Source of the DNA: Pirellulales bacterium
Lineage (GTDB): Bacteria; Planctomycetota; Planctomycetia; Pirellulales; PALSA-1355
Length of the DNA stretch: 64,000 nt
Direction: 5' to 3'
NCBI GenBank assembly: GCA_963733035.1
Contig: CAVTBU010000007.1
Span: forward strand, 320,001 to 384,000
A program made the translations under genes and the position numbers. Shown here piece after piece: positions 43,557 through 54,209 of the stretch. Position 1 is the stretch's first letter, and each line of letters begins with the position of its first letter. Below the pieces are notes generated by a model. That model did no database searches. It was not told the DNA's origin and saw only the letters and a list, made by a program, of their open reading frames with translations.

Positions 43557-44318
43557 CTACTTCCCAACGAGCATGCCGCCGTCGCAGACCAGGATCTGGC
43601 CGGTCACCAGCGGCGAGCCGTTTACCAGGCTCATCACGGCCGCGGCAATGTCATCGGGTTCCGAGACCTTCTCGAGTGGACACTGCGCGGCCACGGTCGA
43701 CTTGGCCTTGTCGTAATTCTCTTTGAAGCCCTGCTTCAGCCAGCGGCCGGCGATGAAACCCGGTGCCACGGCGTTGACGCGGATCGTCGGAGCGAGCGCG
43801 CGAGCCAAACTGAGCGTCAGATTGTTCAAAGCCGCCTTCGATGCCGCGTAGGCGATCGAACTCCCTTTGCCTGTGAAGGCCGCCACGCTCGAGATGTTGA
43901 GGATTTGACCGCCGCCGCCGGCCAGCATCGGCTGCTTGACCGCTCGAGCGCACTGAAACGGCCCAATGACATTGACGGCGTAAATGCGCTGCCAGTCGGC
44001 CGCCGACAGGCCGTCGAGGTCGCTGGCCATGACAAACTTTGTGGTCCCCGCGTTGTTGAGCAGCAAGTCCACGCGGCCAAACGCCTTGACCGCCGTTTCC
44101 ACCGTTTTGCGGCAGGCCTCGTCCTCGGCAACGTCGGCCGCCAGCGCAATGGCTTTGACGCCCGCCGCTTCCAGCTCACCGGCCGTTTGTTCGGCTTCGT
44201 CGCGCGACTTGGAGTAAGTAATCAGAACCGAGCAACCTTGCTGCGCCAGCCGCAGCGCCGTGGCACGGCCAACCCCCGTGCCGCCGCCGGTGATGATGGC
44301 AGCTTGAACAGATGACAT
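43557..44318 (-). CDS. SDR oxidoreductase (FabG-like)
   Basis: TGGGTGVG, NNAG, YAASK, RVNAVAPG. Confidence 0.9.
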   Translation of the reverse strand: MSSVQAAIITGGGTGVGRATALRLAQQGCSVLITYSKSRDEAEQTAGELEAAGVKAIALAADVAEDEACRKTVETAVKAFGRVDLLLNNAGTTKFVMASDLDGLSAADWQRIYAVNVIGPFQCARAVKQPMLAGGGGQILNISSVAAFTGKGSSIAYAASKAALNNLTLSLARALAPTIRVNAVAPGFIAGRWLKQGFKENYDKAKSTVAAQCPLEKVSEPDDIAAAVMSLVNGSPLVTGQILVCDGGMLVGK

Positions 44319-44430
44319 GGAAACCGGTCTCGCAAAGAAGATTCGTGGAAAGCGACCATATTAGCCCGAAGCGCCAGCCAGGGGAACCGGCCGGCATGCC
44401 AGGGCGAATCGCGCCGCGGGCCGCTGTGCG

Positions 44431-45696
44431 CTACCGTACGCGGCAGTTGAAGCGAACCAGGCCGCCTTCGCCCGGGGGCAGAGGATCGACGAAATCCCAG
44501 CGGAGAACGAGCGAGTCGCCGTCGTTCACCTCGGTCGTGAATTCGGCGCGGCGGCTGGCCTGCGCCGTCGTCGGCACGTATTCCAGCCGCGTCGTCAAAT
44601 TGTCGATCAGCACGACCCGCTTGATCGTTTGATCCCCCAGGTTGTCGAAGCGAATTGTGAAGTCGACGATCTCGCCCGGCTTGGCCACTTTCTTCGAGGC
44701 GATCTTGATAATCCTCAAGCAGGGCGAATTCGGCTCATCGTAGCGGTACGTGGCCTGGGCTCGCTGATCGCCCGTCACGTCGACGGCCTGCCTGCCGTCG
44801 AGCACCACCTGCACGGCCGCCTTATGGGTCCAAACAATGGCCGCATTGATACCTTCGAGCAGTCGCGCCTTCTCGGATTCCTCGAACATGCCGCGCTGCA
44901 TGACCAACAGATTCTCGTAGGTCGCAAAACCGTTCTCGATGCCGAGTACCGGTTGCAAGCTGATCGTCGGCAGCACAACCTCGTTCGTCCGCTCGATGCT
45001 CGGCTGACGCGTGGCGATGCCGCCTTGCGGGCTGATCGGTTGGATGGCCGTGGTGGCCAGGCTATCTTCGAGACCCTGGTGCGGCATCACCGGCTGATTG
45101 ATGCCCACGAGCTGATCGTTTTGCTGATTTTCGATGACGCTGGCCACGTGCCGCACCGCGGCAAACCGGGGTGCATACAGGCAGACGCGATTGCTCGGTT
45201 TGATGAGCGTGCGGCCGTCCTTGGTGTCGTAGATGGCCACGGTGTCTTCCATCTCCAGGCCGCGCACCTGGCCCTCGGGGCCGATGTTGACCTGCACGAA
45301 CTGATCGCCGCCGTCTTCCAAGTACTCGTCGCGAGGCCAGGGGCCGGCGATGCCCGGTGGCGTCCAGGGCGAGGCATTGATGATTGGGATCGGGTGGCCC
45401 TGGTAGTCCTGCGGTTCGACCGGCATGTGCGGCGTTTTTTCAATGGCCTGCGCGACTTGTTCGCCGGCGGGAATCGACTCGACCGGCGACTCGTCCGAGA
45501 CGACCACCGCCTCCGCGTCGCTCTCGACTTCCGCGGCGGCGGCCGTCTGTCCACCGCCCGCCGCACGATCCACGGGCAGTTCCGCTCTCGGCAGCGTTTG
45601 GCAGGAGGAGAGACACAACACGAGGACCAGCGCGGCCAGGCGGCGCGAGCCGGGCCGTTCGACGCCGTGCGAGGATGTCAGATGTTGTCGCTTCAT
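44431..45696 (-). CDS. Lipoprotein with C-terminal DUF11 Ig-like domain
   Basis: Lipobox LSSC; KIASKKVAKPGEIVDFTIRFDNLG...DNL...LEYVP. Confidence 0.75.
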   Translation of the reverse strand: MKRQHLTSSHGVERPGSRRLAALVLVLCLSSCQTLPRAELPVDRAAGGGQTAAAAEVESDAEAVVVSDESPVESIPAGEQVAQAIEKTPHMPVEPQDYQGHPIPIINASPWTPPGIAGPWPRDEYLEDGGDQFVQVNIGPEGQVRGLEMEDTVAIYDTKDGRTLIKPSNRVCLYAPRFAAVRHVASVIENQQNDQLVGINQPVMPHQGLEDSLATTAIQPISPQGGIATRQPSIERTNEVVLPTISLQPVLGIENGFATYENLLVMQRGMFEESEKARLLEGINAAIVWTHKAAVQVVLDGRQAVDVTGDQRAQATYRYDEPNSPCLRIIKIASKKVAKPGEIVDFTIRFDNLGDQTIKRVVLIDNLTTRLEYVPTTAQASRRAEFTTEVNDGDSLVLRWDFVDPLPPGEGGLVRFNCRVR

Positions 45697-46532
45697 CGGA
45701 TGCTCGTGCGTCGAAGAGGATTGCTGCGGATCGTCACGCTCGTGCGTAGCACGCGGCGGTCGACGCGTCCCGCGCCCGCCTGGGCGTCGTAAAGCACCTC
45801 GACCGGCGCCGTTTGCCGCGGATTCCAGCGAATCATCGGCGGGCACCCGTATAGGAAGGCGTTGTCCGGTCCGCCTGCATCGGGCACGCGCGCTCCCATC
45901 CGCAAGATGGCCATCGGCCGGCCCAGGCTATCGGCAACGTCCAGCGGATTGTCCCCCGCCTGAACTTCAAAATACGCTTGTTCGTCGTCATCGCGCGCAA
46001 TGGGCGCGGCCGCATCCGGATCTTCCAGATAAATGACCCGGGTGATGAACTTGCCGGAGGCCGCCATTTCGAGCTCTTCCTGCGTGAGCTCGATCGGGAT
46101 CGGGAATTTCAATTCCTGGCCGATCGGCGGATACAGCCGGTTGATGATTTCAACCGTCGGGTAAACTTCCAAGCCTTCCTGCAGCGGAATGTTGGTCACT
46201 CGCAGGCGATACACGGCGCCGATCAGGAGGCCGACTTTCAGTGCGCCGGGCCTCGGCTCCTCAAATCCGCCGCCGCCGGCCGGAGAAATCATCGTGCCTT
46301 CGGGCCCGCGAATCTCGACCGGCTGGAAGTATCCTGGCAATGGTCCGCCCCGCGTGAGTTGCTGGCTTCCAATCGCTCCCGGTGGCATGACACCCGCGTG
46401 ATTGTAGTGTACCGGTGGCGGGTCGGCGGCGAGCCTTGCCTCGCCACCTGCCCACACCAACACGCCGACAATCACAATGCCTGCGACTCGTACCGGCCCA
46501 AACCGGCTGCGGAGCTTACGGACCATTGTCAT
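45693..46532 (-). CDS. Secreted hypothetical protein, paralogous to the upstream gene
   Basis: Signal peptide; YRLRVTNIP..YPTVE..VIYLEDP domain; stop overlaps the next ATG. Confidence 0.7.
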   Translation of the reverse strand: MTMVRKLRSRFGPVRVAGIVIVGVLVWAGGEARLAADPPPVHYNHAGVMPPGAIGSQQLTRGGPLPGYFQPVEIRGPEGTMISPAGGGGFEEPRPGALKVGLLIGAVYRLRVTNIPLQEGLEVYPTVEIINRLYPPIGQELKFPIPIELTQEELEMAASGKFITRVIYLEDPDAAAPIARDDDEQAYFEVQAGDNPLDVADSLGRPMAILRMGARVPDAGGPDNAFLYGCPPMIRWNPRQTAPVEVLYDAQAGAGRVDRRVLRTSVTIRSNPLRRTSIR

Positions 46533-46551
46533 GGATACGTTCCGTCTTCCG

Positions 46552-46607
46552 AAAAGGGCGACGGGAACATTTTTTACTCCCGATTTCCCCAAGATGTGCC
46601 CGGCCCC
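46552..46607. repeat. REP-like imperfect palindrome
   Basis: AAAAGGGCGACGGGAACAT ... ATGTGCCCGGCCCC, same style as the AAAGGGGAC repeats next to the RAYT. Confidence 0.4.
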
Positions 46608-46677
46608 GAGGTTTCGAGGCCGGACACGCTTACTCACACGCTCGTTACTTCACACGCGCGGGACGCACCCGCCACGA

Positions 46678-47934
46678 CTACTCGCAGTCCCAACCGTCGG
46701 GCACGTTGAAGTCGTGATCGTGCTTGTCGCCGAGAGGCTGGCGGAACAGCACCGGAGCCATGTGCTTGTGCTCGGTGATGTGTACGCGGTTGACCGGCTT
46801 CGGATAGCTGAAGCCAGGCTTCTCGGCCACGTTGATCTTGAACTTCTTGACCGGCGACGGGATGTGGAACTTGGTATGGTTCGCAATCACGTGCTTCTGC
46901 AAACCGGCGGGCACTCCCAACGGAACGTGCGGCGGACCGGGCAGACCAATCGGCGTGCCGCTCATCGGCATGCCATAGTTCGGCGCCGTTACACCAGCCA
47001 CGAACTGTGGTGGAACACCAGCGGGCAGCGCACCGGTCGGACCGGGGAAGCAGACGCCCTGGCCGCATCCGCCGGGACCACATCCGCCAGGCCCGCAACC
47101 CGGACCACCGGCACATGCCGGTCCACTGCCCGGACCACCGGGCATGCCGATGCCAGTCGGTGCGAAGGGCAGGGGACCACCGCCACCCGGCATGCCGATG
47201 AACTCGGCATCGCCACCGGGTACTTCCAGGTCCTTATTGCCCACTCGCACAATGGCCATGATCGCACCGCGACGGTCTGCCTCGACGATCGGATCGACGC
47301 CCGGATCAAGCCGAGTGCTGACCAGCGTCTCGACGTTCGCCAGCGCCAGCTCTTGATATTCGGGATCGGGCAGATAGATCACCTTGGTGACGAAGTTGCC
47401 CGAGAGCACCTGGTCGAAGTCTTCCTCGGTGAATTGCACCGGGATCGCGTTGTGTGCCAGGTAAGCAATGGTCCGCGGCGTGGGCGGGCCAATCTCAAGA
47501 GTCGGATACAACTCGACGCCCGCGCGCCCCGGGATGCTCGTCAGCTTGAGGCGATAGATCGCCCCTTGCGGAAAGTTGTACCGGCCTGGCACCACCAGCA
47601 CCTCGGAGTCAAACGCGCCGGGCTGGCCAATGTCCCAATTGATGTTCATCGAATCAGGACTGACGAACGCGACCTGCGAGGTCGGCGCCGGTCCCATGCC
47701 GCCCGGCGGCGTATAGGGCATCGGGCCAATGATGCCCGGGCCAGGGCCGCCGACGCCCGGGCCGGGTTCGGCCAATACTTGAGCCGGCGGAATGTTGTTG
47801 CGATGGGTAAATTTACCCAGCGGCGGGAGCAGCGACGTCTGGTCGTTGAACTCGCCATAGGGAGGATGCAGGAAGCAGCCGCTGGCGGCTAGCATCGCCA
47901 TCCCCACGAGAATCGAAGCCATGCGATGTTTCAT
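46678..47934 (-). CDS. Hypothetical Gly/Pro-rich lipoprotein
   Basis: Lipobox ASGC; YRLKLTSIP..YPTLE..VIYLPDP domain; GPGCGPGGC repeats. Confidence 0.75.
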   Translation of the reverse strand: MKHRMASILVGMAMLAASGCFLHPPYGEFNDQTSLLPPLGKFTHRNNIPPAQVLAEPGPGVGGPGPGIIGPMPYTPPGGMGPAPTSQVAFVSPDSMNINWDIGQPGAFDSEVLVVPGRYNFPQGAIYRLKLTSIPGRAGVELYPTLEIGPPTPRTIAYLAHNAIPVQFTEEDFDQVLSGNFVTKVIYLPDPEYQELALANVETLVSTRLDPGVDPIVEADRRGAIMAIVRVGNKDLEVPGGDAEFIGMPGGGGPLPFAPTGIGMPGGPGSGPACAGGPGCGPGGCGPGGCGQGVCFPGPTGALPAGVPPQFVAGVTAPNYGMPMSGTPIGLPGPPHVPLGVPAGLQKHVIANHTKFHIPSPVKKFKINVAEKPGFSYPKPVNRVHITEHKHMAPVLFRQPLGDKHDHDFNVPDGWDCE

Positions 47935-48247
47935 GAAACTCCCCCCAAAAAACGCCTCATCGCCTCCGACTCGCCAAATCCATTGGCGGCCCGACGAGCT
48001 CGACGGCGTGACCCGAAGTTGTGTGGTCCTTTTTAAGCCCCGCAAGTGCCTGCCTGACAATCCTTTGGGATTGAGATAGACCCTTTCCGGGCATCACTTT
48101 ACAATTCCCGACCGCATCGCCGTCGCCATCCGTTTTGCAGCCGGCACGAAACTCAAGCGCACTGGCCGCCGGTGACGGAACACGGCGATGTTATGATCGT
48201 CGGCCTCCTACAATCGGTTTCTTTGGCAAATCCGACAAAACCGGAAC

Positions 48248-49210
48248 ATGATGAAGAGCTTGCCCATTCTTGCCCTCTTGACGGCTGCGTTTTCAGCCGT
48301 CATCGCCAGGGCGCAAGCTCCGCCGCCAACCGCCGCCGGCGCGTCCCAAGCCGCCACTGCTAGCGGTCCGCAAGGCGACGCGATGATCGCGCAGGTGGTC
48401 GCCAATCTCGACGCGCTGCCGGCCATCTCGGCCAAGATTCGTCACCGCGTCCAGATCTCCGGGCGAACCATAATTGGCACGGGCGAATACTTGCAGCAGG
48501 GCAGGGGATGGCAACGCGCGTATCGTTTGAATATCGAGCTGCGCACTTCGCTCTTCGCCACCTCAATTGAACACGTTTGCGACGGGCAGCGATTGTGGAT
48601 GTTCGAAGAACTTGACGAAGCCAAAGACCTGACCGTCATCGACGTCGCCCGCCTGCAACGCGCCCGCGCAAAATCTCAGGCCTCGCCACCTTCACCGATG
48701 CCCTGGATATCGCTCGGCGGATTGCCGAAGCTGGCGCTTGGCCTCAAGCAGTCGTTCCACTTTGGGGAAGTTGTGCAGAGCCGTTTGGACGACTTGCCGG
48801 TGTGGACCATCGAAGGCAAATGGAAATCGCCGCGGCTCGCCCAACTCCTGCCCGAACAGGCTGACACGATTAAATCCGGCGGCCAGGCAGACCTGAACCA
48901 GCTGACGCCCAACGTGCCGCATCGAGTCGTGTTGCACCTAGGCTGCGACGATCTGTTTCCCTATCGCATCGAATACTGGCGCACTGACACCGGCCCGGAG
49001 GGCGAGAACCTCAAACCCGTACAAAAGCTGATGGCCGTCGTCGAGTGGTACGAAGTGCGGCTGGGAGTGCCGGTCGATCCGTCACGATTTGTCTACCGGC
49101 CGCCGGACAATTTGACGCCGGTCGACCGCACGAGCGCCTGGCTCGATCGCCTGGGTCTCGAGGATCCGCCGCCGGCCGAAGCCAACCGCCGCCCACGTTC
49201 GCGACGCTAA
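48248..49210 (+). CDS. Secreted hypothetical protein, LolA-like fold suspected
   Basis: Signal peptide; VCDGQRLW, DDLFPYRIEY, FVYRPP patterns. Confidence 0.6.
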   Translation: MMKSLPILALLTAAFSAVIARAQAPPPTAAGASQAATASGPQGDAMIAQVVANLDALPAISAKIRHRVQISGRTIIGTGEYLQQGRGWQRAYRLNIELRTSLFATSIEHVCDGQRLWMFEELDEAKDLTVIDVARLQRARAKSQASPPSPMPWISLGGLPKLALGLKQSFHFGEVVQSRLDDLPVWTIEGKWKSPRLAQLLPEQADTIKSGGQADLNQLTPNVPHRVVLHLGCDDLFPYRIEYWRTDTGPEGENLKPVQKLMAVVEWYEVRLGVPVDPSRFVYRPPDNLTPVDRTSAWLDRLGLEDPPPAEANRRPRSRR

Positions 49211-49229
49211 GATTCCTTCGGCTTTGCGA

Positions 49230-50279
49230 CTATCGCACTTCCGCCCGCCGGCTGTCGCGCAGTGGGCTCAACGCCAATCGGCTGGCGACGCGCAGGGCTT
49301 CGACCATACTTGTCGTTTCGGCGCGGCCCTGCCAGGCCAGGTCAAACGCGGTACCGTGGGCAACGCTGGTCCGCACAATCGGCAGCCCAAGCGTGACGTT
49401 CACCGCGCGGTGCATCGCCAACAGCTTGATCGCAATGTGACCCTGATCGTGGTACATCGCTACGACGGCGTCGAACTCGCCGTCGCGCGCTCGGGCAATC
49501 AGCGTATCGGCCGGTAGTGGACCCGTCAGATCGAGGCCCTCGGTAACGCCGCGCTCGACGGCGGGGCGGATGATGGTTTGCTCCTCGTCGCCAAACAATC
49601 CACCTTCGCCGGCATGTGGATTGAGCGCGCACACGCCGACGCGGGGCAGGGCGCCCTTGAACTCCTGCATCACGCGCGACACGAGCCGCGACTTGCGGAG
49701 CACGGCTTCCTCGTTTAACGCTGCCAGCGCCTTTACCACCGACACATGAAGTGTCACGTGCACGATGGCCAGGCCCGCCGCTCCACGCACCGCTTCGCCA
49801 GGGCCGAGATAAAGCATCATTGCGAAGTCGTCCACCCCGCACAGTTCGGCCAAAAGCTCCGTGTGCCCCGGGTACTCGTGTCCCGCTTTCCACAGAGCGC
49901 CTTTGTGCAAAGGGGCCGTCGTAATTCCTTCCACGCGACCGGCAAGCGCCAAGCCTGCGGCCGCAATTAAGGCGTCGTAGGCCGCCTGGCCCGCGCGGGC
50001 GTCGATCGCACCGGGTGTGATATCCAGCACGTCGTCGCGAACAACTTTCAGACAGGGGATCGTCTCGGCCGACGGCGCCGCTTGCTCCGGCGAGTCGATT
50101 TCAATTACTTGCAGCGGAAGCCGCAGCAGTTGCACTGCGCGGCGGAGAATTTCCGGATGGCCGGCGACCAAAGGTCGGCAGAACCCATGCACGGCCGGAT
50201 CGGTCCAAGCGCCGACGATCGTTTCCGGCCCGATTCCGGCCGGATCGCCCAGCGTGATGGCAATGCGAGGTAGCGTCAT
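49230..50279 (-). CDS. pdxA: 4-hydroxythreonine-4-phosphate dehydrogenase
   Basis: GDPAGIGPE, GHTE, LNPHAGEGG, MYHDQG, RTSVAHGTAFD. Confidence 0.93.
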   Translation of the reverse strand: MTLPRIAITLGDPAGIGPETIVGAWTDPAVHGFCRPLVAGHPEILRRAVQLLRLPLQVIEIDSPEQAAPSAETIPCLKVVRDDVLDITPGAIDARAGQAAYDALIAAAGLALAGRVEGITTAPLHKGALWKAGHEYPGHTELLAELCGVDDFAMMLYLGPGEAVRGAAGLAIVHVTLHVSVVKALAALNEEAVLRKSRLVSRVMQEFKGALPRVGVCALNPHAGEGGLFGDEEQTIIRPAVERGVTEGLDLTGPLPADTLIARARDGEFDAVVAMYHDQGHIAIKLLAMHRAVNVTLGLPIVRTSVAHGTAFDLAWQGRAETTSMVEALRVASRLALSPLRDSRRAEVR

Positions 50280-50406
50280 AATTGGATTTTAGTCCACCTG
50301 GGCGGCTGGACGAAGCGGCGCCGTCGAGTATCTAATACGGTATTGCCGCTTTGCTGGGGCGAGCTCGCTGGCTCGTCTTGTCTCCCTACCAATCGACTCC
50401 CACACG

Positions 50407-50952
50407 ATGACTCGCATTTTTATTTCCCTGGCCTGGTTTGCGCTCGTCATGATGGGAGCCACGCTCATCATCGGACTGTCGATCGGCGATTTGCATACCG
50501 ACCGTTCGCCCGACATGTTGCGCTGGGCCACCGTGCACCGGTTGGCCGGCGTGGCGACCGCGCTGACCGTGGTACTGGTGCACAGCATTGTGGTTACCTA
50601 CTTTGTTGGCACCAGCCGTTGGGTGAAGGAAGTCAGCGAAGCTTACGACCTGGGCGCTCCCTTTCTAGTTCGCGCCAATACACTCAAGCGACGTACTTTT
50701 CCCTGGGCCGTGATGGGCATGTTGGCCGTCGTTGGCGTGATTGCCTTGGGTGGCGCCGCCGACCCGGCTTCCGGAATACGGAATTCCGTGAATTGGGTCA
50801 CGCCGCATCTCGTTGGCGCAATGGCCGGCCTGGTGTTCATCGCCTGGTGTTTTTTCATCGAGTGGAACAACATTCACGCGAATCACCAGGTGATTGCCGA
50901 CGTGCTGACCGAAGTGCACCGCATTCGGGCCGAGCGCGGTCTGGAAGTTTAG
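50407..50952 (+). CDS. Four-TM hypothetical membrane protein
   Basis: Four hydrophobic helices containing His residues. Confidence 0.7.
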   Translation: MTRIFISLAWFALVMMGATLIIGLSIGDLHTDRSPDMLRWATVHRLAGVATALTVVLVHSIVVTYFVGTSRWVKEVSEAYDLGAPFLVRANTLKRRTFPWAVMGMLAVVGVIALGGAADPASGIRNSVNWVTPHLVGAMAGLVFIAWCFFIEWNNIHANHQVIADVLTEVHRIRAERGLEV

Positions 50953-50988
50953 CACGCGGGTGTTGCCCGGTCAGGCCTTTCCGTCGTG

Positions 50989-51939
50989 TCAGTGCGCGTG
51001 GTCATGCGCTTCGTGGTCGTGTGGCTCTGCGACGGTCGAGCGCGTCGATTCGTTCTGACCGTGGAAATGATCGTGGCCGCCGACTTCCAGAAAAACGGTT
51101 CCCCAGGCCAGGGCGATGCCGGCCAAGAGCGATACCGAAAGTGTCAGCCGATCGTGACGGTGAAACTGCAATTCCGGCAGCAGGTCGCCCGTCGCAATAC
51201 AGAGGAACGCGCCGGCCGCGAAGCCCAGCGTTTGACCCAGTCCGAAGCTGGATCCGGCCGCGGTTGAGGAGAGGGTGTAAAACAGTGCGACCCCCAGGGG
51301 CGTGACCAGTGCGTAGCCGGCATTGAAAAGATGTCTCGCCCAGGGGCTTTGCCCCGCCGCGGCCATCATGGTGCCGATCGTGAGCGAGTCAAACGGCTTG
51401 TGCAGCGCCACGGCCAGACAAGCCCCGATGCCGGCCAGCATCACGTCGTGGCCTTCTTCCGATTTCACGGCCGCCGCCATCGCCAGGCCGTCGACCAGTC
51501 CGTGCAGCGTCAATCCAATGGCCACGCCTACCCAGGGAAACACCGCCCGCGGAATGCCGTGGTGGTGATGGTGATGATCCGCGCCATGAGAATGTTCGTG
51601 TTCGTGATGAGCAACCGCGGGCACGATTGGCGCTTTATCGAGTGATTGGCTATCGCCCGGGGCGTCGTGGTGATGGAAATGAAAGAATCGCTCGAGGAAG
51701 AACATGAAGAGGAAACCCGCCAGCATCCACAGCGCGGTCCGATCGATCGAGCGCAACTCGCCAAAGCTGTGGGGGAGCAAGTGCAACAATGCGATGCCCA
51801 GCACGATCCCCGATACGAAACTGATGGCGATTTGCATCCGGCGATGCGTGAGCTGCATGACCAAAGGCACCCAGCCGCCGGCCAGTGAGGCCGCCACGCA
51901 AACAAGCGAGTAGACGGCGAGCAATACGATGGGGTGCAT
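50989..51939 (-). CDS. ZIP-family metal transporter
   Basis: His-rich loop, LHGLVDG, HKPFD, DLLPE. Confidence 0.9.
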   Translation of the reverse strand: MHPIVLLAVYSLVCVAASLAGGWVPLVMQLTHRRMQIAISFVSGIVLGIALLHLLPHSFGELRSIDRTALWMLAGFLFMFFLERFFHFHHHDAPGDSQSLDKAPIVPAVAHHEHEHSHGADHHHHHHGIPRAVFPWVGVAIGLTLHGLVDGLAMAAAVKSEEGHDVMLAGIGACLAVALHKPFDSLTIGTMMAAAGQSPWARHLFNAGYALVTPLGVALFYTLSSTAAGSSFGLGQTLGFAAGAFLCIATGDLLPELQFHRHDRLTLSVSLLAGIALAWGTVFLEVGGHDHFHGQNESTRSTVAEPHDHEAHDHAH

Positions 51940-52107
51940 GAGGGACGCCTTCCGTAAACCACAAAGTATGGCATCAGCAATTCAATTGCACCAGGGGAGC
52001 GAGTGGCCGTGTGGAGTGTGTCTTTGCATTTGACGCTCGTGCCGCGCGGCTGCCGGCGATAGATTGAAGGAAAGTCGCTGAGTACCGTCAGGCAGTTGGT
52101 GAGTCGC

Positions 52108-52557
52108 ATGCGTGCTTGTGTTCAACGAGTCAGCCAGGCTCAGGTGGTCGTCGAAGGGGACGTCTGCGGTCGAATTGGAGCAGGCGTGGTCGTGCTATTG
52201 GGCGTTGCCGCGGGGGACACGCCCGATGACGTGCGGGCGATGGCCGACAAGATCGTCGATCTGCGGATCTTCGGCGACGACGAAGGCAAGATGAACCGCT
52301 CGCTGATCGACACCGGCGGCGCGATGCTGGTGGTGAGTCAGTTCACGCTGCTTGGCGATTGTCGCAAGGGACGCCGGCCGAGCTACGTCGCGGCCGCTGC
52401 GCCGGAGTTGGCCGAGTCGCTGTACGAGCAGTTCGTAGCCGCCGTCCAGCAGCGAGGCATCGAAGTGGCCACGGGAAAGTTTCGCCGCCACATGGACGTC
52501 ACGCTCACCAACGACGGGCCGGTCACGCTGCTATTGGATAGCCGCCGCGAGTTCTAG
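52108..52557 (+). CDS. dtd: D-aminoacyl-tRNA deacylase
   Basis: [19 protein letters not shown]. Confidence 0.95.
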   Translation: MRACVQRVSQAQVVVEGDVCGRIGAGVVVLLGVAAGDTPDDVRAMADKIVDLRIFGDDEGKMNRSLIDTGGAMLVVSQFTLLGDCRKGRRPSYVAAAAPELAESLYEQFVAAVQQRGIEVATGKFRRHMDVTLTNDGPVTLLLDSRREF

Positions 52558-52596
52558 GGCAGGGGCGCCAGCGGGGCAGGGGGACTTCGAAGCCGC

Positions 52597-53297
52597 TTAC
52601 AACGGATGACTATCCGGTTGCGTGGCAACTCGATCGGGATGCGTCTCGGGCGCGAGCGGTTGCGTGTCGGGCATCGGCGATGGGTCGGCCGTGATCAGTA
52701 GCGCGAGCACGAGCACGCCTGAGTACGCTACCATGTTGGCCCACCAGCAGTCGCTATAGAATTTGATCGCCGTGCCGAACGAACTCTTCAGGCGGAAATG
52801 CCGGAAGTCGATGCTCCAAATCTCATCGAGGACGAGATGTGAGGCAAAGCCCAGCATCACGGCCGACGCGAAGAACACCCGCGCCCACGGATTCTCGTGA
52901 TCGCAAATCAGGTAGGTAAGTTCGCCGACAATGGCCAGCGCCGGCAAACTATGAAAAATACCCCGATGAACCGTGACGGATTTTAGCAATCGCCCCATGC
53001 CGAAGCGTATCAGCAGGTAAACCAGCGCACCGGCGAGCACCATTGTGTCGGGCGCCATGTGAAAACGCTGCCAACGATGGATCAACAGCAGCGGCACCAC
53101 GGCGGCCGTGAACGACACGCTTTCGCGCAAGGGCGCCCCGGGCCGCTATCGAGATCCGGCAACATGCCCGACACGCCGCACAGTCCGGCACCCAGCATGC
53201 AGGTCGGCCAGGGCGTGTCGTAAAACATGAAGGCGCCCGTGCCGTAGGCGGCGCCCAATACCGAACTGGTGGTGATGTGCGTCTTGAATCCAGCCAT
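52597..53297 (-). CDS. YdjM-like membrane metal-dependent hydrolase (frameshift near 53133)
   Basis: FKTH, LPDLD, HRGIFHS, SHLVLD; one C missing from a C run. Confidence 0.8.
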
Positions 53298-53623
53298 GCG
53301 TCGGCGTCCTTGCCAAGAAGTCGGGGTTGCTAGCGAATAAGTAAACGGGACACGAGCCGCCCCGCGGCCAACAAACTGCGAACCGGGGGCGAAACTGTAT
53401 CGCAGCGGCGAGGCCGGGGCCAAGAGCAGATTTCTCCTCCGCCGCTCCAGCCGGGATACAATGCGAACTTTAGGACTAGCCGCGACAATCGGACCTGCGG
53501 TTTCCCGGCGATGGGCTTTGGTGCCGAAGCGGCGTCTTGTATACTCCCGCGGCCTATTCGCCGGCCATGCTAGCTTTGCGGTGAGCATTTGAGCGGCAGC
53601 TTCCGACGGAGGTAAAGTCGAGC

Positions 53624-54187
53624 GTGGAGATTTACGATATTTGCATGCTGGTCGTGCTGGTGGCGGCCACGCTGTTTGGTGCCTGGAAGGGCATGGCCTG
53701 GCAAATTGCCAGTCTGGCCAGCCTGGTGCTGAGCTATTTCGTCGCACTGCGATTCAGCCAGCAGCTGGCGCCCACGTTTGGCGAGCAAGCACCGCTCAAT
53801 CGCTTCATCGCGATGCTCGTGCTCTACGTCGGCACGTCGCTGGCGGTGTGGTTCTTGTTTCGCATTGTGGCCGGGTTTATCAACCGCGTGCGACTGCGCG
53901 AGTTCGATCGCCAGATGGGCGCCCTGGTCGGCGCGGCCAAAGGCGTCCTGCTGTGCGTGGCAATTACGTTTTTCGCGGTCACGCTTTCCGAGCGAGCGCG
54001 AGTGGCCGTGCTGCATTCGAAGTCGGGCTTTGTGATCGCCCAGCTTTTGGACCGCGCCGAAGGCGTCATGCCGCGCAAATTGCACGAGGTGCTCGACCCC
54101 TACCTGCACCGGCTGGAAAACGAGCTACAAAAGCCGCCGCCCGAGTCGCGCACCGCGGCGAGTCAAACCTGGCTGCGTGGCGCGTAG
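53624..54187 (+). CDS. cvpA: CvpA (colicin V production) family membrane protein
   Basis: GAWKG, DRQMGALVGAAKG, four TM helices. Confidence 0.85.
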   Translation: MEIYDICMLVVLVAATLFGAWKGMAWQIASLASLVLSYFVALRFSQQLAPTFGEQAPLNRFIAMLVLYVGTSLAVWFLFRIVAGFINRVRLREFDRQMGALVGAAKGVLLCVAITFFAVTLSERARVAVLHSKSGFVIAQLLDRAEGVMPRKLHEVLDPYLHRLENELQKPPPESRTAASQTWLRGA

Positions 54188-54209
54188 GCAATTCAAGCGG
54201 CGGTTGCGC

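Noticed and set aside
46477..47892. 471-aa plus-strand ORF
   Set aside because: Antisense to the Gly/Pro-rich lipoprotein; no recognisable domain
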